Of a stretch of DNA of 64,000 bases, positions 1 to 9,639 are shown piece after piece. The stretch spans positions 2,045-66,044 of the forward strand of contig JAFGVU010000045.1 in NCBI GenBank assembly GCA_016937855.1, written 5' to 3'. The translations under genes were made by a program, and so were the position numbers. The DNA is from Bacteroidales bacterium (GTDB lineage Bacteria; Bacteroidota; Bacteroidia; Bacteroidales; ML635J-15). The stretch's first letter is position 1, and each line of letters opens with the position of its first letter. Below the pieces are notes generated by a model. The model searched no databases, was not told where the DNA came from, and saw nothing but the letters and a program-made list of their open reading frames with translations.

Positions 1-3000
1 ATTTAATAAATCATTATCAAAAACATTAAGAATATTTACAGCACCATCAAATCCGTTAATCGGACCGGCAGCATCGTCATTCGCAATAATAACATTTATA
101 GGGTCGGTATTTTCATCGTCCTCATTATTATCATTATCAGGATCAAACTGATCCATATCTGTAATAGTTGATACATTAAGATAATTTCCACCAGGCACAT
201 TTACAGTTGCAGTAATTGTAAGAACCTCATTTCCGGGGAAAGTTACAGTTCCAACTTCCCACAATCCTGTTCCAGAATCGAATGTTCCTGTTGTAACAGT
301 GTGCGAAACGTAAGTATATCCGGTTGGGAGTTGATCAACAACCTCAACATTTGTTGCTTCGCTTGGACCGTTATTAGTTAAAGTAATTGTAAAAGTTACA
401 TCATCACCAACATAAGGAGTGCTATTGTTTACAGTTTTATTAATACTCAAATCAGCTTGAGCCTGAATCGGAGTAACAAAAGTTGATTCATCATTACTTG
501 GATCAGGGTCTGTAACATCATCACTGTGAATGTATGCGGTATTCACTAGATTTCCGGTAGCTTCGGGAACAACCGAGCCTCTAATTACAAGCACACATCT
601 ACCACCGGCGATAATAGTTCCGAGATTTCCAGTTCCAGTCCAGCTTCCATAATTAGCCTGACATCTTGATCCTTCCCAATCAATTACAAAACCGGGAAGA
701 ATATCATCAATAATTACATTTGTTGCATCACTAGGTCCGTCATTCCAATAAAATAATACATAATAAATATCATCCCCCGCAGTAATTTCAACAGGATTTA
801 TGACTATATCATTTGGATTCCCAAAAATTTGCGCTTCGGTTAATGGCAGAATAGATGGATCTATTTGAATTTTAACAATGTTTAAATCAGCGACAACTTC
901 AACAACAGTAATAACAGTAGATGTATTATTTGTCAAGTCAGAATCCGGGGTATTTGTTTCAACCGTAGCAGTATTTATAACATTTCCGGTATGGCTTGCA
1001 ATAACAGTTCCTCTGATTAAAATTTCAAAATTTGCCAATGGCGCCATGTCCCCAATTGTGTAATCGCCTGTCCATGGCAACCAAGTTGCACCAGCATCAT
1101 CGGAATACTCAGCATTTAGGATTATGGCAGAATTTATAACATCATGAATATGAACATTTAATGCATCGAAAGTATTGCTATTATTTGTTGCAGTAATAGA
1201 ATATTGAATTTGTGTTCCGGCAACAACTGTAGCAGGTCCTGACTTTAAAATTGACACATCAGCATCATCATTTAGAGGAGTGTTAATTGTCTCTTCGTTA
1301 TTTGTTGGATCCGGATCTGGATCAGAAGATGTAACAGAAGCCGTATTTGGTATTGGGTCAACATTTGGAGCAGGAGACATGTCTATAACTGTTCCTCTGA
1401 TTAAAAGAGTAAAAATATCACCATCATTCATATCACCCACATTTAAACTTCCTGTCCAAGGACTTAACCAAGTTCCACCGCCATTAACCGAGTATTCGAC
1501 ACTAGAAATAATTGTAGGGTCTATATTATCGGTAATTATTACATCTGTTGCCACAGAAGGACCAAGGTTTGTAACAACAATTTCATAAACTATCTGACCA
1601 CCAATTACAACGGGAGACGTTAATGCTCTTTTCGACAACTCAAGATCGGCAGAAGATAAAATATTTGTAACAACTGTTGATTCGTTATTTGACAAATCAG
1701 GGTCGGTAGTTAAAACGCTATAAATTGTTCCGGTGTTCACCAATGTTCCGGTAGCAGCCGGGTCAACATCACCACGAATCATTACGTAGTTAACTCCCGG
1801 ATAAAGGAATTCGCCTAGATATCTTGTCCCGCCCCATGCAAACCATGAATTTCCAAAGTTAAGCGAATATTCAGGATTTAAAATTTCGGCAGGAATAATA
1901 TCCTCAATTGTTGATTGAAGCGAATTGTCAGGTCCAAAATTTTCAACCATTAAAAAATAATATATTTGCGTTCCGGCAGTAATTACTGAAGGGAATACTT
2001 CGATCAATTGCGTTGGATCTCCAACCGGCAAATTAGAAGGATCTATATGAGTTTTTACTATCGAAACATCCGAAGTTTTAATTACCTCAATTGTTACAAT
2101 TGCATCGTCGCAATTTGTTGGATTCAGGATTTCGCAAATCTGATAAGTTAGTGAGTAAGTTCCACCTGGTGTAAATGGAGCAACATCAACTGAGCCATCA
2201 GGATTTAAGGTAAGCGTTCCGGTTGGATCTGCAACAGTTTCTGTTAAAGTAACATCAATAGGGTTAACAGGATTGCCATTTAATAAGTCATTGTCAAACA
2301 CATTTAACACATTTGTTTGACCAGTCGAACCATTTACACCTGTTGCCGAATCATCATTGGCGATAATTTCTGGGGCTTCTACTGTAATTGTTACCGTTGC
2401 CTGGTCGCAGTTTGTTGGATTTGCAATTTCACATATTTGATAAACCAAATAATATGTTCCTGCCGGTGTTCCCGGAGCAACAACAACATCTGTTCCAACG
2501 AGGCTGATATTTGGATCGGTTGAACTAATAAAAGTTAAATCAACATCTGCGGGATCAACCGGACTTCCGTTAAGTAAGTCGTTCGATAAAACATTTGTTA
2601 CCGCAGTTCCACCTGTCATTCCGTTTATTGTACCTGCATCGTCAACTGCAATTATTTCAAGTGCATTATTTACAGTAATTGAAGCAGTTTCTGAACATCC
2701 TTCTGAATCAGTTACAACAATATTGTAGTTTCCTGCTGGCAAATTATCAAAAACATTAGAAACTTGAGGTGTTCCTCCGTTAAGACTATATGTAAATGGA
2801 GGAGTACCACCGCTTGCAGTAACTGTAATTTCACCCGTTGAACCATTGTAAAAATCTATTTCGGCAGTAACAGCTAAACCAACAACTATTGCAGGCATAA
2901 CAGTTACGGTAACTTCGGCACAAGTTGAAACTCCACAAGAGTTTTCCCATGCAGCATAATAAGTTGTTGTAACCGATGGCGCTGCAATACTTAAATTATT

Positions 3001-5310
3001 TCCTGTTCCAATCAAAGTTCCTTCACAAGAGCCGGTGTACCAATTTAGCACATCGCCCAAACCGCCTGTTGCTGAAAGAACAATATTTCCGGTAGCGTTA
3101 AAACAAACCGAAGAAACATCAGAAGATGCTACGCTTGGAGCCTCTGGTAAAGGATTAACTATTACTTGAATCGGAACTTTGTTAGGACTAATACACGAAC
3201 CCGATAATCCTTCAGCAACATAGTAAGTATATGTCCCCACTACAGAAGTGGATGGAGTAATTGATGTTTGCGGAACTCCTGCAAGACTAGTATAATAATA
3301 TAAAGTGTATGAAGGATCACTTGCAGTGGCAGTTAATGGAACTGCAACATCGTTCTGACAATATGTTACAGGACTGGCTGCTATTGGAGTACTTGTTAAA
3401 TCAAGAACCTCTATTGTAAACTCAAAATAGCAGCTAGTTGACCCGGGAGGAACAGCATAATATGTGCTAACGCCCGGAGTTGCAGGAAAAGGATTCGAAA
3501 TTGTATATTCAGTTGTTGATCCTGTAATAGGATATTGATTGTAATATCTTGAACCGGCAGGGAAATGACCAGAAACTTCTGTTATCGCAATTGAACCACT
3601 TACATTACACTCTAAAAACTCTAGAACAGTTGGGGTTGCGACACAGTTTGCTGTAACAAAAGCCGATTCGTCAATTGCAAATCTAAAAGGTTCTATGATA
3701 GGCTCTCCAGCACAAATTCCAGACATTTCATAACCCTGCATTGTACTATGATTGTCAAAAACAGTTCCGCTAATCTGACCAATACCGTTCATGTGACCAT
3801 GTATTAATATTTCTGCATCACAATTTGTATTTGATAATATTGTACAATCTTCGGTAACTTTCACTTTAAAAGTTAATAGTCCAAGTAAATCATTTGGATC
3901 AGCAGGCATTGGTAAAGTTCCTATTTCCCAAACAATTGAACCATTAGCTCCTAAAGAAGGATCGAAATACAAGTCGTTTGGACTTGGATCGGGAGTAAAA
4001 AATATTTGATTATTACTACTCACATAAGATGCAGCGAAAGGAATTGGAACAACAAGCTCGGCATTATCTATAGGCTCTGTTCCTTTATTGCGGACTTCGA
4101 TTGATATTTCTATCTCCTGACCGGGTTCTGCTACTAATGGATCGCCGGGTATGTATGGAACACCATTAATACTAAGTACAGAATTTTGTGCTTCTGGAGT
4201 TGGAATATATGCATCAACAGACATTGCCAGCATAAAAATTACATAAGTATCTTGGGTACTTCCATAACGGAAAGAGGTTGATGTTTGATTATTCGTTATA
4301 ACTGAATTACCTGCATTTGGCACATCAAACATCGAAATATCCAAACCTGTATTATTTAGAATATTAGGGTTTCTTGAGTTGCCTCCGGTAAAAATAGAAC
4401 TATTAAAAAAGTTATTGTCGGAGTTCCCTGCGTGACTTAAATCAATCCAGTTTGCATCAGAATGATCTCGAATCTGAAAATAATCGCCTGAAATATTGCG
4501 ATCACCTTCACCAGCCACAAGACCAAGTTTTAGATTAACATCACCTGCCTGAACAGTATTGAAGCCGGAAACAGGAATTGTAAAATCGGCAGTTACCGAA
4601 CCAGCTACATAGGCGTGTCCATCAAAAATTGTAACATCTCTCCAATTCATCTTAGAATTTTCGTAAATTACAACCATGGCCCAACCTCCATAATAACCTG
4701 TTCCACCGCCATTACCCTCTCTTAATGCAACATTAGCAACTAAGTATTCACCAACACCATATTGACGAACATAATCAGTGACTTCGGCATACGCTGAATA
4801 CATCTGTCCGTGTTCGGTAACAGGATAATAAATATCATTTGCATTAGCAGTAACTGTTGTATAAGCACCGGCTCCAGGCCCTCTTAATAAGACTTCACGT
4901 TTATTAAAATCAACGGTTACACTACCTTTGGTAACAGAAAATTCCAAGGGACTGTCCCCACCATTGTGCGAGCGTCCTGTCCAATATAATCCGGCATAAA
5001 CTATGTCTGAACATTCTGGAATAGCTCCGTTTTCCGACGAAAACTGCAAACTTGATGATGATGAGTTTAAAGTTGATGCATCTGAATCGACATCAACATA
5101 TTCCATACTGTTATTATTGGACGTATTATCGCCATAATTAACTAAGGTCAGATTTGTGTTCCCAATTAATGTAAAGTCTCCCTTAACATTGTAAATATAT
5201 TTACCGGGAGTATATTGTGAACTGCGTTGTGTAAACGGCTTAATTACCTGTGCGTTTATAAACGAAAAAAATACTGACAATAAAATTATCGTAAGTAAAG
5301 ATTTTTTCAT
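1..5310 (-). CDS. Giant secreted adhesin-like protein with SprB-like, Ig-like and DUF11 repeats; 3' end runs off the window (at least 1770 aa)
   Basis: ATG at 5310 (alternative in-frame ATG at 5349) gives the signal peptide [21 protein letters not shown]. Spot translation shows YAGLYWTGR, SprB-like [19 protein letters not shown], repeated NV(L/F)xNDLLN units and DUF11-type [35 protein letters not shown]. Its absence from the ORF track fits an open frame with no stop inside the window. Confidence 0.85.
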   Translation of the reverse strand, partial: [1770 protein letters not shown]

Positions 5311-5366
5311 GACTACTTTATTTATAAGTTTAGTAATATTGTTTTTCATGCTCTATGTTTTTATGG

Positions 5367-5882
5367 TTATTGTGGTATTGATACCAAATAGTATATTGGA
5401 ATATCGTTCTTGTTTTGTGGTGCTATTAGCTTTTGTATTTGTGATGGTGTACAATTAAAATCACATTGAAAGACAATTGCTTTAAGATTCGACAAACTAG
5501 ATATTTTAGACAAATCTAGGGTCGCTGGTTGGTCTGCCTGATTGTAAATAACTCGAATAAGCTCAATGCTGTTTAGATTAAAACTCTTTTCACTTACCAA
5601 ATTAAGATTAGACACATTTATCTCTAAAACCCTGTTTTCCGAATTAGAATCGGAAGAAACAGATTTCTCAGCACTGATTAAAAGACTCGAATGATTATCA
5701 TAATATAAACTGTATAAATCTGATGAACCTGATCTCATGTCTTTCTCAGCAACAGGTTTAATTGTTTCAAAATTTGTAACTGTTTGTCCAAAGGAGTTTA
5801 AGGTCATAAATACTAGTATGACAATAAATGTAAAAGACTTTAATTTATTAAGCCTTAGGTTTTTATAATAATTGTTTTTCAT
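5367..5882 (-). CDS. Hypothetical exported protein directly upstream of the adhesin
   Basis: 171-aa ORF with an N-terminal hydrophobic segment, co-oriented with and adjacent to the adhesin. Confidence 0.7.
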   Translation of the reverse strand: MKNNYYKNLRLNKLKSFTFIVILVFMTLNSFGQTVTNFETIKPVAEKDMRSGSSDLYSLYYDNHSSLLISAEKSVSSDSNSENRVLEINVSNLNLVSEKSFNLNSIELIRVIYNQADQPATLDLSKISSLSNLKAIVFQCDFNCTPSQIQKLIAPQNKNDIPIYYLVSIPQ

Positions 5883-6078
5883 ATGCTTACTTTTTTAATT
5901 AGATTGGTTCTAAATAATTTTACCCTCACACACAAAACAGATAATAATAAAACTTGTTTAGACAAATTCTAAATAAATTTGCATTATTTTTAACTCAAAC
6001 CATCATGTTGCTGATTTACAGGCACTTATGTGTTTTGTAATTTGGAACAATCTGCTACAAAACACATTTTTGGAACAT

Positions 6079-6102
6079 AAAAAAACAGAGCTTTAAGCTC
6101 TG
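6079..6102 (-). terminator. Rho-independent terminator of the lipoprotein gene
   Basis: Minus strand reads CAGAGC-TTAAA-GCTCTG followed by T7. Confidence 0.75.
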
Positions 6103-6173
6103 CTAAAATAATATTTACAAAATTTGTGCTTAAGATCTGACAATCTTAAAAGAAAAAGTTAAAGTGAAATATA

Positions 6174-6860
6174 TTATTCTTTAACCTCAATATTTACAGC
6201 TGCGGTTTGATAAATTCCTGCACAAATTGCACCGGCGGATGTAGTTTGCTGAGCAGTTGTTTCGTTACGTCTTCTTAAGTAAACAGTATTTGTTCCAACG
6301 CTCAACTTACTTGTTTGTGTTGCAGGAATAACAATAGAAGTCGCTCCCGAAGTATTTTGATAAACATTTATCTCATCTTGCTCCATTTGACCATTAATAT
6401 ATGCATAAACGCCTTCGCCATTTGCAAGAGCTTCACCTGTAAAAAACAATTCGAATGAGCTCCCTTTGACAATAGTATCAAGTGTCTCAGGCAAACCTAT
6501 TCCCTTAATATAAGCCATATTCTCGAAAGAATTACCTTCGGTATCAGTAAAAACAAATGTTCCAGTGTCAACCATACCGGTATATTGCTTTTCATAATAA
6601 GCCAATGCTTCTTTAAACCCCAGTAAATCCTGATTACATGAAACATTACTTGGATCTGCTAATTGCAATTTTGTGCCTGTAATACTTCCAAAAAAGAATG
6701 ATGCTCTGGCATAAGTAATGTCGGCAGATTCTTCATAAACCATTTCGTAAACGGCATAAATTCTATCCTGATTAACATCAGAACTACTTTCGCGTTCGCA
6801 AGCACTAAATATGTACAATGCTGAAATAAATAAAAATAAAATTAAAGTAAGTTTTTTCAT
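6174..6860 (-). CDS. Hypothetical lipoprotein
   Basis: Signal peptide with lipobox FSAC; 228 aa. Confidence 0.75.
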   Translation of the reverse strand: MKKLTLILFLFISALYIFSACERESSSDVNQDRIYAVYEMVYEESADITYARASFFFGSITGTKLQLADPSNVSCNQDLLGFKEALAYYEKQYTGMVDTGTFVFTDTEGNSFENMAYIKGIGLPETLDTIVKGSSFELFFTGEALANGEGVYAYINGQMEQDEINVYQNTSGATSIVIPATQTSKLSVGTNTVYLRRRNETTAQQTTSAGAICAGIYQTAAVNIEVKE

Positions 6861-6897
6861 AGTTTTTTGCTTTATGATTTTTACAAAAATACGAATT

Positions 6898-7749
6898 TCA
6901 GAAATATGATTGAATAAATCTTGGCTTATTATTTAAATCTTTAATAATATTGGTTGAATTAAATCCATGTTTTTTACACAAATTCGAGATTTCTTCAGGG
7001 AATTTTTCATTTATTTCCAGCCATAAGACTCCGTCATCATTTAGCATTTGGGCAGCTCTATTTACAATTGATTCGTAATATATAAAAGGGCTGTCATCTT
7101 TCACAAATAAAGCAATTTCCGGTTCAAAATCGAGAACATTTTTGTGCATAAGAGTTTTCTCCGACTCGGTAACGTAAGGAGGATTACTAATTATTACATC
7201 CAGCTTTTCTACAATGGGAATATTCTTATCAGATAAAATATCGAATTCGAAAAAATCAATATCAACAATATGATTTGTTGCATTTTTTTTTGCAACATTT
7301 AATGCTTTTTGAAAAATATCCAGTGCAAACACTTCTGATTGAGGAAAAGCTAGTTTTAAGCAAATTGGAATACATCCGGAACCAGTTCCAATATCGAGAA
7401 TTCTTAAATTCGAATCAGAGTTTCCTTTAATAATAGAATCCACCAAAATTTCTGTTTCCTGTCGTGGGATTAGTACATTTTCATCGACATAAAACTTGTG
7501 ATTATAAAACCAAGCAGTATGAGTTACATATTGAACCGGCTCACCATTCTCCAGCCTAAGACGTCCTGTTTCAAGCAAATCAAAATCTTGTTCAGACAAG
7601 AGTTCGGTTCTCTTTAGAAGAAACTCGGTTCTGTTAAAACCTAAAAGCTCGCAAACAAAAAATTCGGCAATTGAACCAGCCTCCTGCTCGGAATATAATT
7701 TCGACAGACAGGTCTCCAATTGTTTAATATAGTTCTTTAAAGTAATCAT
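6898..7749 (-). CDS. prmC: Release factor glutamine methyltransferase
   Basis: GEPVQY, VLIPRQETE, LDIGTGSG and SNPPY motifs. Confidence 0.95.
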   Translation of the reverse strand: MITLKNYIKQLETCLSKLYSEQEAGSIAEFFVCELLGFNRTEFLLKRTELLSEQDFDLLETGRLRLENGEPVQYVTHTAWFYNHKFYVDENVLIPRQETEILVDSIIKGNSDSNLRILDIGTGSGCIPICLKLAFPQSEVFALDIFQKALNVAKKNATNHIVDIDFFEFDILSDKNIPIVEKLDVIISNPPYVTESEKTLMHKNVLDFEPEIALFVKDDSPFIYYESIVNRAAQMLNDDGVLWLEINEKFPEEISNLCKKHGFNSTNIIKDLNNKPRFIQSYF

Positions 7750-7760
7750 AAATCCTAGGA

Positions 7761-7768
7761 CAAATATA
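7761..7768 (-). promoter_or_regulatory. Bacteroidota -7 promoter element of prmC
   Basis: Minus strand TATATTTG matches TAnnTTTG, 11 nt upstream of the ATG. Confidence 0.55.
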
Positions 7769-7805
7769 GCAAGGATATCACAAGCTTTTCATAAGTTTAT
7801 ATTTT

Positions 7806-7820
7806 TGGCATCGTATTTGA
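7806..7820 (+). promoter_or_regulatory. Candidate sigma54 (-24/-12) promoter
   Basis: TGGCATCGTATTTGA against consensus TGGCACG-N4-TTGC, with exact spacing. Confidence 0.45.
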
Positions 7821-7861
7821 AAACGGTTAATCGGTAACTTTTTGAAAATGTCTGAATTTTT

Positions 7862-7901
7862 CTCCGGTGGTCATGCCCAACAGATTACCGGAGTTTTTTT
7901 T
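7862..7901 (+). terminator. Hairpin plus T-tract terminator on the + strand (opposite to the flanking genes)
   Basis: CTCCGGT...ACCGGAG stem followed by T9. Confidence 0.65.
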
Positions 7902-8460
7902 ATCTGATAACCTCAATCTGACCATTTTTAAACACTTTTACAATATCTGAGCTTTTGGCAGTACTAAGTTCATTTAGTTGCAATGGTACAATATAGTCAA
8001 CAGCCATTTTAATTTCATTATCAATATCAAAAAAGCCTAATGGAGGCTTTTTCCCTGCAACGTTGGCTGAGGTTGACACTATTGGCTTTCCATACTCACC
8101 AATAAGCTGTTGGCAAAACTCACATTTCGCGACCCTAATACCAATAGTTCCATCAGCAGCAATCAGACTTTTTGACAAGTTCTTTGCCTTTGGGTAAATA
8201 ATCGTAAGAGGTCTTGTTGAAGCGTCTATTAGTTGATATGCAACATCGGGAATAAACTCAACATAATTCTTTAACATTTCTATGCTATCAACCAAAACTA
8301 GCATGCTTTTGCTTTCCGATCGCTGTTTTATGGCATAGATAGAAGCTATTGCTTGGGCGTTGTTTGGATCACAGCCTAAACCCCAAATAGTATCGGTCGG
8401 ATATAAAACAACACCACCCGAGTTAAGCACTTTAATTGTTTCAGCAATTATTTCTTTCAT
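7900..8460 (-). CDS. tsaC: L-threonylcarbamoyladenylate synthase (YrdC/Sua5 family)
   Basis: YPTDTIWGLGCD, IYAIKQR, IVSTSAN motifs. Confidence 0.9.
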   Translation of the reverse strand: MKEIIAETIKVLNSGGVVLYPTDTIWGLGCDPNNAQAIASIYAIKQRSESKSMLVLVDSIEMLKNYVEFIPDVAYQLIDASTRPLTIIYPKAKNLSKSLIAADGTIGIRVAKCEFCQQLIGEYGKPIVSTSANVAGKKPPLGFFDIDNEIKMAVDYIVPLQLNELSTAKSSDIVKVFKNGQIEVIR

Positions 8461-9566
8461 AAAGAATTATAAAAATTATTTAGTTTATTACTAACAGTTT
8501 CCCTGTCAAATAGTTTATATCTTTGTTTTCCTTCTCTAATTAAGTTTTGTGCAAGTTCGGGGCTATCCAAAACAGATCTTATGGCAATTCCAATACTTTT
8601 TGAGTTTAAAGCTTCGACTTGTATTGCAGCATCTCCTCCTATTTCTGCCGGGCTTCCTGTATTTGAAGTTATAACAGGCACACCAGAGCTAAAAGCCTCA
8701 ATTATGGGTATTCCAAATCCTTCGTAAAGAGAAGGGTAAATAAACAACTTACTATTTTGATAAATAGCTGCCAATTCTTCGGTACTTACATTGCTTAAAA
8801 AATGTACACTCTCGTTCATTTTATGAGTATCAATATATTCTTTAAGCTCCTTATAATACGATGTTTTCCGCCCCACAAATACAATATCTGTTTTAATGTT
8901 AAAATAATAAACTGCCTTAAGTATATTTAGTGCGTTTTTTCTCACCTCCAATGTACCGACATTAAGAATGTAATTGTTTTTAAGATTATATTTTTCAAGC
9001 ACATTTTTAGCTGTTGTTTCTTCGACAGGTTTGGTAAAAATCTGATTACACGATTGATAAATCACAACAATTCTGTCATTTTCAATTCCAAAATGCTTAA
9101 TTATATCACTTTTTGTTTGCTCACTTGTTGCTATTATTTTATCTGCTGATTTACAGGAGTGTAGAAACTTTTTGTGATATATTTTTCTGTCAATAAAAGG
9201 ATAAAGCTCTGGTATTTCAAGAAAAATTAGGTCGTGGATAGTAACAACTTTTTTCAATTTGAGTTTTTCAATTCCAAATGGCAGTTCATTGCTTAATCCG
9301 TGGTAAATATCTAGATTTCTTTTTTCGATATCCTTAACAATTGAGAAAGATCGCCAATAGGACTTTCCGGGTTTTGTTTTTGCTTTAGGAAACTCTACAT
9401 TTTTAAGATATTTTTTTTCGAGTAATTCAGTACTTCTTTCGGGGCTATAAAGCACATATTGGTCTTTGGGAAAATACTCATGAAGCGACCTGATAACATC
9501 GCGACTGTAGTTGCCCAAACCACTTCTATTTATAAATGCTCTTTTAGCGTCGAAACCTATGATCAT
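8457..9566 (-). CDS. Glycosyltransferase, GT4 family
   Basis: TIHDLIF, GTLEVRKN and YPSLYEGFGIPIIEA motifs. Confidence 0.9.
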   Translation of the reverse strand: MIIGFDAKRAFINRSGLGNYSRDVIRSLHEYFPKDQYVLYSPERSTELLEKKYLKNVEFPKAKTKPGKSYWRSFSIVKDIEKRNLDIYHGLSNELPFGIEKLKLKKVVTIHDLIFLEIPELYPFIDRKIYHKKFLHSCKSADKIIATSEQTKSDIIKHFGIENDRIVVIYQSCNQIFTKPVEETTAKNVLEKYNLKNNYILNVGTLEVRKNALNILKAVYYFNIKTDIVFVGRKTSYYKELKEYIDTHKMNESVHFLSNVSTEELAAIYQNSKLFIYPSLYEGFGIPIIEAFSSGVPVITSNTGSPAEIGGDAAIQVEALNSKSIGIAIRSVLDSPELAQNLIREGKQRYKLFDRETVSNKLNNFYNSL

Positions 9567-9572
9567 ATTCTA

Positions 9573-9600
9573 GTTCGGCACTTCGACTCCGCTAAGTGAC
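9573..9600. repeat. REP-like short palindrome
   Basis: GTTCGGCACTTCGACTCCGCTAAGTGAC with CACTT/AAGTG stem; related inverted copy at 44624-44642. Confidence 0.55.
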
Positions 9601-9639
9601 CTCACATAACGAAGTTCGGAGTTTTAAGTTAATATATAT

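Noticed and set aside
878-2523. Three + strand ORFs (878-1063, 1280-1588, 2317-2523)
   Set aside because: Antisense shadows of the giant minus-strand adhesin frame
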